From assembly GCA_051294375.1 (NCBI GenBank), contig CM119264.1:31501477-31565476 (forward strand): a DNA stretch of 64,000 nt, read 5' to 3'. Each line of letters starts with the position of its first letter. Position 1 is the first letter of the stretch. Of the stretch, positions 24,974 to 39,794 are shown in pieces. The notes under the pieces were generated by a model. The model did no database searches. It worked only from the letters and a program-made list of their open reading frames with translations, and was not told the origin of the DNA. Both the position numbers and the translations under genes were made by a program. Source of the DNA: Paraspadella gotoi (taxonomy: Eukaryota > Animalia > Chaetognatha).

Positions 24974-27171
24974 TTTCCTTTTTCTCAAATGAATCGGAAG
25001 AAAGTCGATGACAAAAGAGAAGAGGGAAAGGAAGGAAGCAGTGGCCAAAAAAAGCAAGCATTATCAAAAAGGAGCAAGCATTAGCAAAGAGAAACAAGCA
25101 TTATCAAAGAGAGGCAAGCTTTGGCACTTGATAAACTTGACAGTGGAGAAAATAAAAGAAAAAACCTATAATAGTATGAGTCATTGTAAAAATTGTGAAA
25201 ATTGTGGTTATTGCGTGAACGAGAACATTAAAAAATTAAATATAAAAAATGATAAAAAGGAATAAGTAAAAACATAATAAATAATATGAAGTTTATGAAC
25301 TAATAAATACAAACATAATGAATAGTATTATTTTGTAAACATGAGCATTTAAACAAAAGATGATTTAGAGATAAACGATTTCATTCTGACTTTTTTAAGA
25401 AATTTTTAAAAAATCGTGAAAACTGAAAAATGCAAATTAGAAAAAAAATGCCTCAGCTGATCACAACCTTAATTTCCAGGCTTTATTCTCTACGGTGATG
25501 TGAGCTCATTTTTTGTGAAGAAAATAAATAGTGAGGAAAAGAGACAAATATGTGCGCATATACGAGAGACGAGAGAGAGATGAGAAGAAAGAGATGGGTA
25601 CGAGGTGCCGTCATCGCGACGAGAGGACCGACGCTCTCCCGGCCATCAGCTGGGCCATGATGATCGGAGAGAAGATGACGTGAAGAGAGAGGATTGAGGG
25701 AAAGGAGAGCAAACGACGAGAGAGATAACTGAGTAGAGAAAACGAGGAAGTGAAGAGACGAGAGATCGAGAGAGACGAGGGAGCGCAGGAGAGGACCGGC
25801 ATAGAGAGGATCGAGAGAGAGAGAAGAGAGAAAGAGAGGAAAGAGGAAGAGAGAGCGAGAATTTCCTCAGGGTCTGAAAGGTGTTATATGGAATGCATTG
25901 TAAATTCTCTATGCGCTAAACGACGCGGCGGGCTGTTGCGATGAAAAAACAAAAATAAACAGAACAAAAAAAAACAACAAGAAGAAAAAAAAAAAAACCA
26001 CAAAGAAAAAACCGAAGAAAGGAAAAAACAAAACCGATTAAAAAATCTGGACAAATCCCACTAAGAAGAGGAAAGATAGAACAAAAGAAAAAAGAGGGGA
26101 AGAAAAGACAATGCTAAGGGAGCAAACAAGCTATCGGCAGTACTAAGAGACAACATACGGAGAGAAGAGAGAAAGAAAAGCCTGGGACCGCGATAAGAAA
26201 GAAAGAAAAAAGAAAAATAAAGCAAACAAAAAATCCACCGCTTGAACCTATCTGACAAAATCTTGACGAGAAATCAGAATATGAAAAACAATATAACTAC
26301 AATGGTAGACATATTTTTAGAATCCAAGGGCAAAACTGTTCTTTCTTACCTAAGATTGTAAACCCATGACACCGACACAATTTAATAAAAAAAAAATGTT
26401 GGCTGTCCCAACGTTATTCATGTCCTGAGATCACAACTACTACTCCGTGACTCTAAAAATTTTATCTAACTTTGTGTCTATATTATTACATGATATTACA
26501 TTTTACTATTTTATCCTCAATCAAATTTAATTTTTAACGCTATACTACGGTCAACTCGTCTAGCCTCGTGTCTCTCAAATCTTGAGCCTGTTTTCCCATA
26601 AAGAAAAGACAGACTGAGTGCAAGTAAACAGACCGGTGGAGAGAGACAGAGAGACAGACCGGACGGAGAGTTGATCGACCGAGTGACAGACCCGACGGAT
26701 GAGACAACAGGAAACGAGACAATTTCCCTTATGTGGCTCCACATCTTAATGGTGGATCAGAATTGCGCAGCCCTTCATAAAAGAACAAAAAGATATTTCC
26801 AATACTGATGATCTCTCGTCGCTCTCTCGCTCCTCTCGTCTCTCTCTCTCTCTTCCTCTCTCTCTCTCTCCTTCTCTTCTCTCTCTTCCTCTCTCCTCTC
26901 TCCTCCCGATATGTTTTCTTTTATATCGTTTTCCTACTCTCTTATGCTTTTTCCCTTTTTACAACTTTGGAGCCAAAAAGTTTTTATCCGCTTTATTGTT
27001 TTATTCTCTTTATTTCTTATTTACGTTTCTCTTATTCTTTATATTTCCTCCTCTCCTTCTTTTTCTTTTAATATTCTTTTAGTTTCTTCTTCTTCTTTTT
27101 TTTTTGCGTCTCCATCACTTTCTTTTATATTCTTTCTTTTTTCCTTTTTTTTCTCCTTATTTTTCAACCTC

Positions 27172-28107
27172 TTTTTAGTCGGATCAGCTGCTTCAGGCCA
27201 GATCCCGACTCCTATAACTCACTTTTCGTTCCGTCAGTCCGCCTCAGCCTCCGCCCAACCTCAATATGCGGTGTGTCGGGCACTCCTACTTATATCATGT
27301 CAGAACATTGAATTATGATAAATATGCAAAAAAAAAACGATGTTCGTCCATCTACGTCTGTTCATCTGTCCGTCTCGTTCCATGCCGTTCTCCGTACGTT
27401 CGTCCGTCTGTCCGGCCGTGCTGATGGCTGTCCGTCCGTCCGTCCGTCCCATCTTAGCAAAAACAAACACCAATTACTTCGTGATTGGATGGATGGAATT
27501 GGAATGAAACTTGTGTGTGGGTAGGAATAGTGTGCTGATTGAGCTCGATATGAAGTTTCGATGGATCGTCCGAGTGAAAATGAATTTACATGGAAAAAAA
27601 AAAAAATATTATTAACACTATTTGAACACCAATTACTCATGAGTGGATGGGGCGATTGACTTGAAATTTTGTATTTGCGTAGAAAAGTGAAGATGTGCTG
27701 ATTAAACTGGAAATCAAGTTTCGATGGAATCGTTGAGTGGAAATGAGCTTAAATTGAAAAAAACAAAAACAAAATATTTCACTAATTGATTATGCTTCTT
27801 TTTCTATTTATTTTAATGTAAATGCAAGATTTATTAATTAATCAAATAATTAATCACGTAATTCATGAATTAGTCAGTTAATTAATCATTAATTAAATTA
27901 ATCAGTCAATTAAATCAATCAAAACAAACATTTCTGTATCAAATTAATAAATTAATTTCCTAATTAATTTATTTAAAAACTTGAATAATTAATTAAATTA
28001 ATTAAATAATTAATTAACTTGATATTAATTATTAATTAACTATTAATTAATTATTTACCATTAATGATCGTGGGCAGATCCGACATTGTTTGTTCAAACT
28101 TGTTTTT
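27172..28107 (+). mobile_element. HINE/DINE-1-like element (noisy duplicate of 30965-31846)
   Basis: Same termini and same flanks as the copy at 30965. Confidence 0.8.
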
Positions 28108-30074
28108 AATTTTTTTGCGTATAATTTTTCAATGTTTTAATGCTTTTAATATTTAAACCTTCAATCACTATAATTTTGACTTAACAAACTTAGATTCTCT
28201 TACTCATTATAAACTAAGACGCAAAGAAAAGATTGGTTGTGCGAGCAAAAAAGAAACCAAAAGCGAAAAAATTTGGGGAGAGATCAATATTTCAGAGCTG
28301 TCGTCGTTGTCGTCGTCATTGTCGTCGTCATCGTTGTCGTCGTCGGTTGTCCGTCGTCATAGTCGCCGTCGTCACTGACAAAATCCAAAGAAAAAAAATA
28401 AACAAAAAAAAAGAAAAAAAAGAAAGAAAAAAAAAGACTGAAATTCGTTTCATCCAAAGAAAAAACAAGGAATTTTCTCTCTAGTATAAGTTCTGTGACA
28501 GAGAGAGGAGAGGAGAGAGAGAGAGAGAGAGAGAGATGGAGGAGAGAGAGAGAGTCTAGGCCTCTGACAGTATTTTCCTTTTTTTTTTTTCTTTTTTATC
28601 TCACATTAGTTTATTTTATTCTCCATTTTTTATTCTTCTTTTTCTTTTTCTCAGACTTTTTTCTATTTCTGTTTCAAACAAGAAATCTTTTTATGTTTGC
28701 GCCGCGCTGTTCTCGCGGCGAGCTGATCTATAAGTCACTTTTCGGTCCGGTCGATCGGTCAGTTAACAATCTATCTTCCGCATCATTTGCTATTTTAAAT
28801 ACTTACAACTTTTAGTAATACTCACTATAATATTATGGTAGAAAGTTTATATACCACTGCAAGACAATGCCTTATGAATGCGCAGCTATTATAGTAACTA
28901 AAGTGATATGCAGTCACGTGATGATTAAAAGTAGCATATTTTGGGTATATTCTAGTTTAGCTTTACTTATAATTACTTTACAGATAAATGATCGTACCAA
29001 TACATTATTAGTTATGAAATTCATAACATCAGTGCAGCTCAAACACCATTATTAAACATTGACGATTCTTCCTTTTCCCTTTAATTTTTTCTTTCTTTTT
29101 TTCTCTTTTTTTTCCTTTATCTTTCTGTCTTTCGTTTCCTTTTAATTTTTTCCTTTATCTTTTTTCTTTTCTATTTTTCCTTTTCTTTTTTCTTTTCTTT
29201 TTCTTCTTTATTTTTCTTCTTTTCCTTTTTCTTTTGTCTTCTTTTCTTTTTCCGTTTCTCTATTTCTTATTCTTTTTTCATTTTCCTTTTCTTTCCTTTT
29301 GCCTTATTCCTTTACTTTATTTTTCACTTTTTCTATATTCTTATTTATTTTTTCTATTTACCCTTTATTTTCTTTTCTTTTTTTCCCTTTTTCCTTTTTA
29401 TTTCTCCTCCTTACGTGATTCCTTTCCCCAACTGACTCCTTATTTTTGACACTTTTCCGCAAATCGTAAACAAAACAGCTTTTTTCTCAAAAAGATGAAG
29501 AAAGAATCAGCAAAAATATCTTCTTCCTTTCTCGATTTTGTCTCAGCTTGACCTTCAACCCCATTGACCTTATCTCTTTGACCCTTATATCAGCCGCTCG
29601 ATTCTGATCCTCAAGCTTTGACACTAACCTCCACGTATGACCTTAACTCAGTATTGACCACCTAACCCGACAGTTGAGACCTGACCCTGCCAGCTTAACT
29701 TGCTATCTTCAGTTTTGACCTCTGCTTCAGCGTTGACCTTTACCTCAGCTTAACCTGTAATAAGCTGACGTCGACCTCCGTTGACCTGACCCTCAGTCTA
29801 AAAACGCTTTACTTCAGCTTGACCCTAACCCTCAGCTGACCTTACCTTCAGTTGACCTTACCTCAGTGACCTTACCTCCGCGAGATAGGGATCTCGGGAA
29901 CTCTCTTAAGGTTTTTCATGTTAGCTTGAATAAAATTAGTTTGTTTTAAATTTATGCATCCTTTACTGGTTAATCTTCATGAATCTGACTTTGTCGTAAA
30001 TTGAACTGAGTATGCCAAGAGATTGACTCCACATAAACAGAGCACAGTANNNNNNNNNNNNNNNNNNNNNNNNN

Positions 30075-30110
<36 letters not shown>

Positions 30111-30656
30111 TCCTCGGGTCTGAAAGGTGTTAATGGGAGCATTTAAAATTCCTGCTGCGAGAAAAAACAAAAGAAAAAAACAAAAGAAAAAAACAAAAGA
30201 TAAAAATTTTGGAAGAAAAAAGAAAAATAAAGCAAAAATGAATTTGGATAAAAAATTAACTACAATTAATATTATTTTTAAAGGAAAAACTGTTTTACCT
30301 AAATTGTAAACATGACGAAAGAATTTAAAAAATGTATAACAATGCTCATTATAAATTTAATTTTATCTAATTTAATTAATTAATTAATTAATTAAATTAT
30401 CTAATCTAAAATTTAATTCGTACTCGTTTCGTCTCATTCTGGTTTTATCAATAAAAAAATGACAGACTGAGTGAGAAACAGACCGTGGGAGAGACAGAGA
30501 GACAGACCGAGAGAGTGACAGAGTGACAGACCGAGAGAGAAACAGAGAGACAGATTTTTCCCTTATGTGGCTCCACATCTTAATGGTGGATCAGAATTGC
30601 GCAGCCCTTCATAAAAGAACAAAAAGATATTTCCAATACTGTATGACTCTCTCTCG

Positions 30657-30709
<53 letters not shown>

Positions 30710-30964
30710 CTCCCGATATGTTTTCTTTATATCGTTTTCCTACTCTCTATGCTTTTTCCGTTTTTACAACTTTGGAGCAAAAGTTTTATCGCTTTATTGT
30801 TTTATTCTTTTATTTTCTTTAGTTTCTCTTTCTTTATATTTTCTCCTCTCCTTCTTTTTCTTTTAATATTCTTTAGTTTCTTCTTCTTTCTATTTTTTCG
30901 TCTCCATCACTTTCTTTTTATATTCTTTTCTTTTTTCTTTCTTTTTTTCTCCTTATTTCAACTC

Positions 30965-31846
30965 TTTTTAGTCGGATCTGCTTTCAGCAGATCCCGACTC
31001 TATAATTCACTTTGTCGGTCCGTCAGTCCGCCCCCTCAATATTGTCGGGCACTCACTTATATCATGTCAGAACATTGAATTATGATAAATTATGCAAAAA
31101 AAAACGATGTTCGTCCATCTGTCTGTTCATCCGTCCGTCCGTCCATCCTTCCGTACGTTCGTCCGTCCGTCGGCCGTCTGATGGCTGTCCGTCCGTCCGT
31201 CCGTCCCACCTTAGCAAAAAACACCAATTACTCGTGATTGGATGGATGGATTGGAATGAAACTTTGTGTGTGGGTAGGAAAGTGTGTGATTGAGCTGGAT
31301 ATGAAGTTTCGATGGAATCGTCCGAGTGAAAATGAATTTACATGGAAAAAAAAAAATATATTTAACTATTTGAACACCAATTACTCATGAGTGGATGGGG
31401 CGATTGACTTGAAATTTTGTATTTGCGTAGAAAAGTGTGTGATTAAACTGGAAATCAAGTTTCGATGGAATCGTTTGAGTGGAAATGAGTTTAAATTGAA
31501 AAAACAAATAACTTATTTCACTAATTGATTATGCTTCTTTTTCTATTTATTTTAAATGTAAATGCAAGATTTATTAATTAATCAAATAATTAATCAGTTA
31601 ATTCATCAATTAGTCAGTTAATTAATCATTAATTAATTAATCAGTCAATTAATCAATCAAAACAAACATTTCTGATCAAATTAATAAATTAATTTCCTAA
31701 TTAATTTATTTAAAAACTTGAATAAATTAATTATTAATTAATTAAATAATTAATTAACTTGAATTAATTATTAATTAACTATTAATTAATTATTTACCAT
31801 TAATGATCGTGGGCAGATCCGACATTGTTTGTTCAAACTTGTTTTT
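30965..31846 (+). mobile_element. full-length HINE/DINE-1-like element
   Basis: 5' subTIR GTCGGATCTGC (30971-30981) with an adjacent inverted copy, GTCC microsatellite, 3' subTIR GCAGATCCGAC (31813-31823), GTTTGTTCAAAC stem-loop and T-rich ends. Confidence 0.88.
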
Positions 31847-32222
31847 AATTTTTTTGGTATAATTTTTCAATGTTTAATGCTTTTAATATTTAAACCTTCA
31901 ATCATATAATTTTGACTAACAAACTTAGATTCTCTTACTCATTATAAACTAAGACGCAAAAGAAAAGATTTGGTTGTGAGACAAAAAAGAAACAAAAGCG
32001 AAAAATATTTGGGGAGAGATCAATATTTCAGAGCTGTCGTCGTTGTCGTCGTCATTGTCGTCGTCATCGTTGTCGTCGTCGTTGTCGTCGTCATAGTCGC
32101 CGTCGTCACTGACAAAATCCAAAGAAAAGTAAACAAATAAACAAAAAAGAAAGGAAAAAAAATACTAAAATTCGTTTCATCCAAAGAAAAAAAAAGGATT
32201 TTTCTCTCTAGTATAAGTCTGT

Positions 32223-32257
<35 letters not shown>

Positions 32258-33179
32258 TAGGCCTCTGACAGTATTTTCCTTTTTTTTATTTTTTTATTTT
32301 TTTCTTTTATCTCACATTAGTTTATTTTATTCTCCATTTTTTATTCTTCTTTTCTTTTCTCAGACTTTTTTCTATTTCTGTTTCAAACAAGAAATCTTTT
32401 TATGTTGCGCCGCGTGTTCTCGCGCAGCTGATCTATAAGTCACTTTTCGGTCGGTCGGTCGGTCAGTTTAACAATCTATCTTCCGCATCATTTGTTATTT
32501 TAAATACTTACAACTTTAGTAATACTGTATAATTATATGGTAGAAAGTTTATATACCATGAGACATGCTTATGAAATGCGCAGTATAGTAACTAAAGTGA
32601 TATGCAGTCACGTGATGTAAAAGTAGCATATTTTGGGTAATTCTAGTTTACTTTATTTAATACTTTACAGATAAATGATCGACCATAATTATAGTTATGA
32701 AATCATAACATCATGCAGCTCAACCCATTAAAATTGAGGATTCCTTTTTCCTTTAATTTTTTCTTTTCTTTTTTCTTTTTTTTTTCCTTTTCTTTTTTCT
32801 TTTTCGTTTTTCCTTTTATTTTTTCCTTTTCTTTTTTCTTTTTCTTTTTTCCTTTTCTTTTTTCTTTTTCTTTTTTCCTTTTATTTTTTCCTTTTCTTTT
32901 TCTTTTTTCCTTTTCTTTTTTCCTTTTCTTATTTCCTTTTCTTTTTTCATTTTCTTTTTTCCTTTTCTTTTTCCTTTACTTTTTTTTTCTTTTCTATTTT
33001 TATTTTTTCTTTTCTTTTTTTCTTTTCTTTTTTCCTTTTTTCTTTTTTATTTCTCCTCCCTAGTGATTTCCTTTCCCCAACTGACTCCTTATTTTTGACA
33101 CTTTTCCCAAATCGTAAACAAAACATTTTTTTTCTCAAAAAAGAGAAACGAATCAGCAAAAATATTTTTCCTTTCGATT

Positions 33180-33470
33180 TGACTCAGTTGACCTTAACCC
33201 AGTTGACCTTATCTCTGTTGACCTTATATCAGCTGATCTGACCTCAGTTGACCTAACCTCAGTTGACCTTAACTCAGTTGACCTAACCACAGTTGACCTG
33301 ACCTGAGTTAACTTTATCTCAGTTGACCTTGCTTCAGTTGACCTTACCTCAGTTAACCTTATATAAGCTGACGTGACCTCCGTTGACCTGACCTCAGTTA
33401 ACCTTATCTCAGTTGACCTAACCTCAGTTGACCTTACCTCAGTTGACCTTACCTCAGTTGACCTTACCTC
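33180..33470. repeat. 15-bp minisatellite CTCAGTTGACCTTAC (also ~29540-29880 and ~41470-41760)
   Basis: About 19 copies; it produces the spurious 'EVRST' ORF. Confidence 0.9.
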
Positions 33471-33627
33471 CGGAGTAGATCTCGGGATTCTTAGGTTGTA
33501 CTTGAAAATTAGTTTGTTTAAATTTTGCATCTTAACTGTTATTTCTGATCTGACTTTAGTCGTAAATTGACTAGTATTGCCAAGAGATTGATAAACGAGA
33601 CAGTATGCTCTATTAAGAAAGTAAAAA

Positions 33628-33905
33628 AGGGGGCATGGCATAGCATGGGGCATGGGAATGTCTCAATGGAGGCATGGCATAGTAGGGGGCATGGGGAATG
33701 TCTCAATGGAGGCATGTCATAGTAGGGGGCATGGTGAATGTCTAAATAGGGGCATGCTATAGCATGGGGCATGAGGAATGTCTCAATGGAGGCATGGCAT
33801 AGTAGGGTGCATGGGGAATGTCTCAATGGAGGCATGGCATAGTATGTGGCATGGGGAATGTCTCAATGGAGGCATGGCATAGCATGAGGAATGTCTCAAT
33901 TGAGG
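33628..33905. repeat. ~39-bp minisatellite GGCATGGGGAATGTCTCAATGGAGGCATGGCATAGTA (also ~41910-42140)
   Basis: About 7 copies. Confidence 0.9.
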
Positions 33906-34140
33906 TCAAAGTTGAAAGCATAAAAGAAAACAACGCGATCAAAATGTCATGGAAAAGAAAGAGAAAGAGGACGAAAATATAAAAGAACAAAGGAACAAAG
34001 ACATGGAAAAATTCTTAAGTCTAAGAAAACAGGGCAAAGGAACAAACTTAAGGGAACAGGGCAAAAGACTTAAACGAAGGGGAAAAGTTAAAAAAATAAA
34101 GTAGTATATGTGACCAGGGTAATCATATACTACTAAGAAG

Positions 34141-34180
<40 letters not shown>

Positions 34181-34770
34181 TAATATATTGGCAAGGGAGA
34201 TTTAAGACATGGGATGAGAAAACACGGCAGGGTCTGATGTAATATACTGACAAGGGAGATTTGGAGAAAAAAAACATGGAAAGACGAAGCTGAAAATCTG
34301 AAATATAGTGTAAAAAAAATTTAGGAAGAAAACAAAAAAAATAGAATTTTAGATTTCTTTCTTTTTTCTTTTTTTTTTCTTTTTTAAAAAAAATAAAAGA
34401 AAATCAAGGGAATTATATGTCAAGAAAATAAAAGAGAAATAAAATGAAAATGAAATAAACAAAGTTAAATAAAACGAAGTTAAAATAAATTTAATCAAAT
34501 TAAATTTAAAAAAAATAAATTAAATTAGGTTAGATCAATTAAATCTAATCAAATTAAATTAAATTAACCTAACAATAAACGATATGGATAAATTTGTGAG
34601 ATTATATTATCGCTACCCGTTTGTTCTGTTCAATAGCGCCCGAATCGCGCACTGGGCTAACGCTTCATCTCCGAAATCCAAAGGTCACGAGTTCTATACC
34701 TGTTCGGAACAGTCCTTGCAAAAGAGTTTCCGGTGCCAAGCTTACAGCTCGTTCTGAAATTCCGGACATC

Positions 34771-34821
<51 letters not shown>

Positions 34822-36276
34822 CCGAAATAAAACACGAAGAAAAGAGAACAAAAATAAAGAAAAAGAAAAATATGAAAAGGAACAAAAAAGCAACTCAGAA
34901 ATTGATTTATAGGAAACAACTTGGCCTCCCCTTTATTGTAATGAAATTGGTAAAACAAATTATCCATTCATTTAATAAATAAGCTATCTTGCCCCTGACT
35001 TTGGACAGGCTTTGGTGGTTTAAGGCCTCCATCAGTCTTACAAGATAATGACATAGCAGGTCCCTGCAAGCTTTCAATATCATGTTAAATTTTGCAAATT
35101 ATTTTATCCTAAAATAAAGTAAAAAAATAACAAAATAAATTTAACTTTTTTTTCCTTCTAATAAAATTGAATGGTTTTTTTCATTTAATCCATTTTATTT
35201 TTTCTTCTCTTTTCCTTTAATCCGTTTAATCCCACATCTCAACTCCTCATTCTGTTCCTCCTTTGACTCCTCCTACCTCTATACCTCCCCCTCTTCCTTC
35301 ATCTCCTGCTCCTCCTACTTCTTCTCTTCCTCCCCTTCTCCCTCCCCTTCTTCCTCCTCCTCCTCCTCCTCTTCTTTCCTGTTTCCTCTTCTTTTCCTCC
35401 TCTTCCTTCTCTTCCTCCCCCCATTTCCCCTTTTCCCTACCCTTCTTCCTCCTTCTCCTTCCTTAGCTCCTCCTCTTTATTCCCCTCTTCCTCTTTCCCT
35501 CCCCTTCTTCCTCTCCTCCTTCTCCTTCTATCTCTTCCTCTTACTTCCCATCTTCTTCCCCTTCTTTCTCCCCCTCTTCTTCCTTCTCCCTCAGATTCTC
35601 TTCCTCCTACCCCTCCCCCTTCTTCCTCCTCCTCTTCCTTCTCCTCCTTCTCCCCCTCCTCCTCCTGCCCCACCTCCCCACCCCCCCTTCCTTCCTCTTC
35701 CTCTTCCTCATCAACTAAAATGGCGCTAAAGCGAGACAATGGGCCTTTTTCCTTCTCCACGGCTGCCGCCCCCCCCCCCGCCGCTGAAGCCTCCGCCGCC
35801 TCTTGACTTACCTTTATCTCTCTCTCCTTCTCTCTCCAGGGTTTTCGCCTTTATCCTTTTTTTTCTCCTTTGCTTTAATTATTCTTTCCCTTTTTTTTCT
35901 CTCTCTCTTTCTCTCCTTTTTTCTTTCCTTTTCTTCCTCTTTTTGTTTTTCTTTTCTATTTCCTTTTTCTTTTTTCTTCCTTTCTTTTCCTCTTCTTTTT
36001 TTTCTTTTTTCTTTTTTCTTTTTCTTTTTTATTCCCATTTCTTTTCCGTTATTTTCATTTTTTCTCCTTTGCTTTAATTATTCTTTCCTTTTTTCTCTCT
36101 CTCTCTTTCTCTCATTTTTCTTTCCTTTTCTTTTCCTCTTCTTTTCTTTTTCTTTTTTTCTTTTCTTTTTCTTTTCTCTGTTTCCTCTTTTTTTTTCTTC
36201 CACTGAAACGACGACCCATAACAATTTCTTTTAGTTTTTTTTTCCCGGATTTTTACTTTTCCTCCTCCTCTCTCTT

Positions 36277-36315
<39 letters not shown>

Positions 36316-36418
36316 TCTGTCACTTTTTCTCTCCCTCTTGTTTATCTCTATCTTTATTGCCCATAGGGAGGCTTTTCTTTTCTTTCTTTAAATGAGGGTT
36401 TCACCTAAAAATTCTTCT

Positions 36419-36485
<67 letters not shown>

Positions 36486-37579
36486 GAATTCCTCAAACCG
36501 TTCACAAACAGAACGTGATCAAGGTTATGATTTTATTTAGACCCAAAACTCGGAAGCCAAAGTCCTCCAAGTCCCAGGCTGTTCGGCTATTTTTTATTTT
36601 AATTTAGTTTAGTTTTAGATAGAATCCCGTAGGAGACAGTTTAGTTCTTAATATTAAGACTAAGTAGGCTCCATCCGGGGAGTGTAGAAAAATCGATGTT
36701 CATTTGTCGTTCATCTCTCGTCAGCGGGCGATTCCTGGCGTTCACTTAAACTGTACTGACAAATTATACTCCGTAGTAACGTATTCAACAAAAGATCAGT
36801 GTTNNNNNNNNNNNNNNNNNNNNNNNNNNNNNNNNNNNNNNNNNNNNNNNNNNNNNNNNNNNNNNNNNNNNNNNNNNNNNNNNNNNNNNNNNNNNNNNNN
36901 NNNNNNNNNNNNNNNNNNNNNNNNNNNNNNNNNNNNNNNNNNNNNNNNNNNNNNNNNNNNNNNNNNNNNNNNNNNNNNNNNNNATATATAGTTTAAAATT
37001 TTTTTTTAATTTTTAATTTTTTTAATTAGTAGAAGAAGTTTGAATTTGTTTACAGCAACGATTTTATTGCTACATAGGGACGTACATGTTTCGGCTTTAN
37101 NNNNNNNNNNNNNNNNNNNNNNNNNNNNNNNNNNNNNNNNNNNNNNNNNNNNNNNNNNNNNNNNNNNNNNNNNNNNNNNNNNNNNNNNNNNNNNNNNNNN
37201 NNNNNNNNNNNNNNNNNNNNNNNNNNNNNNNNNNNNNNNNNNNNNNNNNNNNNNNNNNNNNNNNNNNNNNNNNNNNNNNNNNNNNNNNNNNNNNNNNNNN
37301 NNNNNNNNNNNNNNNNNNNNNNNNNNNNNNNNNNNNNNNNNNNNNNNNNNNNNNNNNNNNNNNNNNNNNNNNNNNNNNNNNNNNNNNNNNNNNNNNNNNN
37401 NNNNNNNNNNNNNNNNNNNNNNNNNNNNNNNNNNNNNNNNNNNNNNNNNNNNNNNNNNNNNNNNNNNNNNNNNNNNNNNNNAAGTTGCATTGAAAATCGA
37501 TTTAGAAATAGAAGGAAAAAAGATTTTTTTTTGAAAGAACTAGAAGTTATAAAAAGTGTTTAATTAAAAAAAAGAGAGA

Positions 37580-38010
37580 GATTCTGATTAGAGCTTAAAA
37601 AGTTAAGCCAAAAATATAATCACAACTTTTTAAAATCTTGATGTTTTATGACCAAAAATTAGTAAAAACTGCTAAAATCAATCGGATGATGATGATGAAG
37701 GATGGATGATTTTAAGGTTTTTCTCATTTAACCCACTTATCAATCAAAAATATTGAAAAAAGATTGTACCTTTGTGTAGTTAACTTTTCATAACTATTTG
37801 AATCTGCTTTAAAAAAAATAAAAAATTCCAAGAAATTTTTGACATTCTATCTAGAAATAAATATAAAGAAAATTGAATCTACTAATCTTCTTTGCCATTT
37901 TAAACAAAATTTTGGTCCACTTGAAAGTTTCCTCAAGAAATGATGAAGTTTCATTTGGAAAGGTTCCCAAATCAAACTTCTGACCCACCCATTGACGAAG
38001 TTGGCTCTAC
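37580..38010. repeat. unclassified dispersed repeat (other copies ~61935-62357, partial ~46810-47095)
   Basis: Collinear similarity including the (GAT)n core and TGAAGTTTCATTTGGAAAGGTTCCCAAATCAAACTTCTGACCCACCC. Confidence 0.7.
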
Positions 38011-39794
38011 CGGTAGGCGGATCGATACATAGTTTGGGGGCCTCCTGTCCTGTGATCCTGGTATTTCCACATGTACTTAAAATATAGTATATGAAGTTAA
38101 TTTTTTAAATGTAAAATATGCGATGATGAATATTACGTTTTAAAATTTACCGGCACTATAATATTGCTAAATGAAGATGTAAAGAACAAATGTTCTCAAT
38201 CAATATCGAAATAATTAGCAAGAAATAATTAAAAATCTAGTCACGTGTTTTATCTCAAAAGTATTAATTATGTTTTTCATAAAGTTAACGTAACTCTTAA
38301 AAATATATTTTTTTAGTAAAGGATATAGATAAAAAATATTCTAATATAATAATAATGTGATTAGTAATGAAAAGATTAAAGTATTGTTCCTCATGCATCA
38401 AGGAAAATAAATAAATGTTTTGTTCTTTGGCAATGCCAAATCATTAGTGAATTACAATTAATACTTTTAAGTATTATTAAAATTTTAGTAACAGATTTGG
38501 GAGATTCTAAAGTTATAAAACAAGAAATTGAATAAAAGAAAATAGTTATGGTTTTAATAAAAAAAGGATGTACGAATAAGTTATTTTATTATAATAAACA
38601 ATTTTCAATTGATCTTCAGTAAATACCTTTTATAACTATTGAATCAACATTCGATAAGTCTTTATCTTGTGAAAAATATTATTGCCTCGTAACTCTTCTT
38701 GGTCAATTTGTCCATTATGTTATGCGTCTGTATGTTACCTTACGTACTTCACTGATTGCCATTTTACATTAAGAGTTCGATTAATAAAAAAGTATTGACT
38801 CTTTATGGATAATGTTAATGGTGAGTTTCAGATACAAGAAGGAAGATGCAAAGTTACTTCCTTCTATTTTGAGGAAAGAGGATAGAAAATTATGGATTCT
38901 TTAAAATATTAAATTGGGAAATCCGTTACTGAACTTTGTTCCATTGTCAATCCATAAATGCAAAAGTTTAACCATGAGGAGAGTTTCATATGATATACTG
39001 TTTTGATCTTCGGGAAGGTTTTGTTATTTTGGTCATTGTTGGTATGTGAAAAAAGGAAACGGTAAATCAACTACGTATAAACTCCACATATTCAGTTTTT
39101 CTTTAGGTTAAAAACCTTCTGAATCTATCAAATCATTCAATCTAATGAATTGGTTTTTGTCCTACCAGACGTTTTAAGGGATATCTACCAAACATATATT
39201 TATTGCGTGCTATTACCTTCAACACTCACATCTTTCTTTTTGTTTTCATGCCAATGCCCATGGAGACGAGGCGTTCATGATATTCCCCATACGAACAGTT
39301 TAACGTGAGTTTCAAGAGAAAACGTTGGCAAATAAAAAAATAAGACTTTTATAAATAGAGAGAGAGAGAGTTTCCAACAAAGAATTGAGAAAGGTAAGAT
39401 TTAAAAAAAAATTATTTGATTTTTGGAAAAATATATCGTTTTCGAATCTGCTAATCTTATCAAACAACGGAAAAGAGAGAAAATTTACAATGAGACTTTT
39501 ATAGTACAGCAAAATATCCCATCAGAAACTCACGTAAACAGTTCGACCGGGTGAAATCCACGAGCGCTCGTCTCCGCGGCGTGAAGACAAAAGAAATACA
39601 GCGTTTCTTCCGGGCAAAACAGTATTTTTGAGAATTCAGTGAAACTAACTACTACGATTGAAAAGTCCTTTAAAAATTGAGGCGGGAGACACTGCCGGGA
39701 ACATACGACCATAAAATCAATGGCCTAGTAAGTGTCAAATGACAAAAAAAGAGCTAAAGCGATATCTTTAACATCGCCCCGTCAATCTAGTTGT

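Noticed and set aside
33153-33653. Pentapeptide 'EVRST' repeat protein
   Set aside because: It is the translation of a 15-bp minisatellite; the duplicate copies are frameshifted and there is no exon context.
34634-34715. tRNA gene (and its copy near 42858-42940)
   Set aside because: Only loose A/B-box-like resemblance; no complete cloverleaf or intact GTTCRA. At most a decayed SINE head.
38500-39290. Possible decayed coding sequence
   Set aside because: The composition is complex, but I could not recover a recognisable protein motif in any frame.
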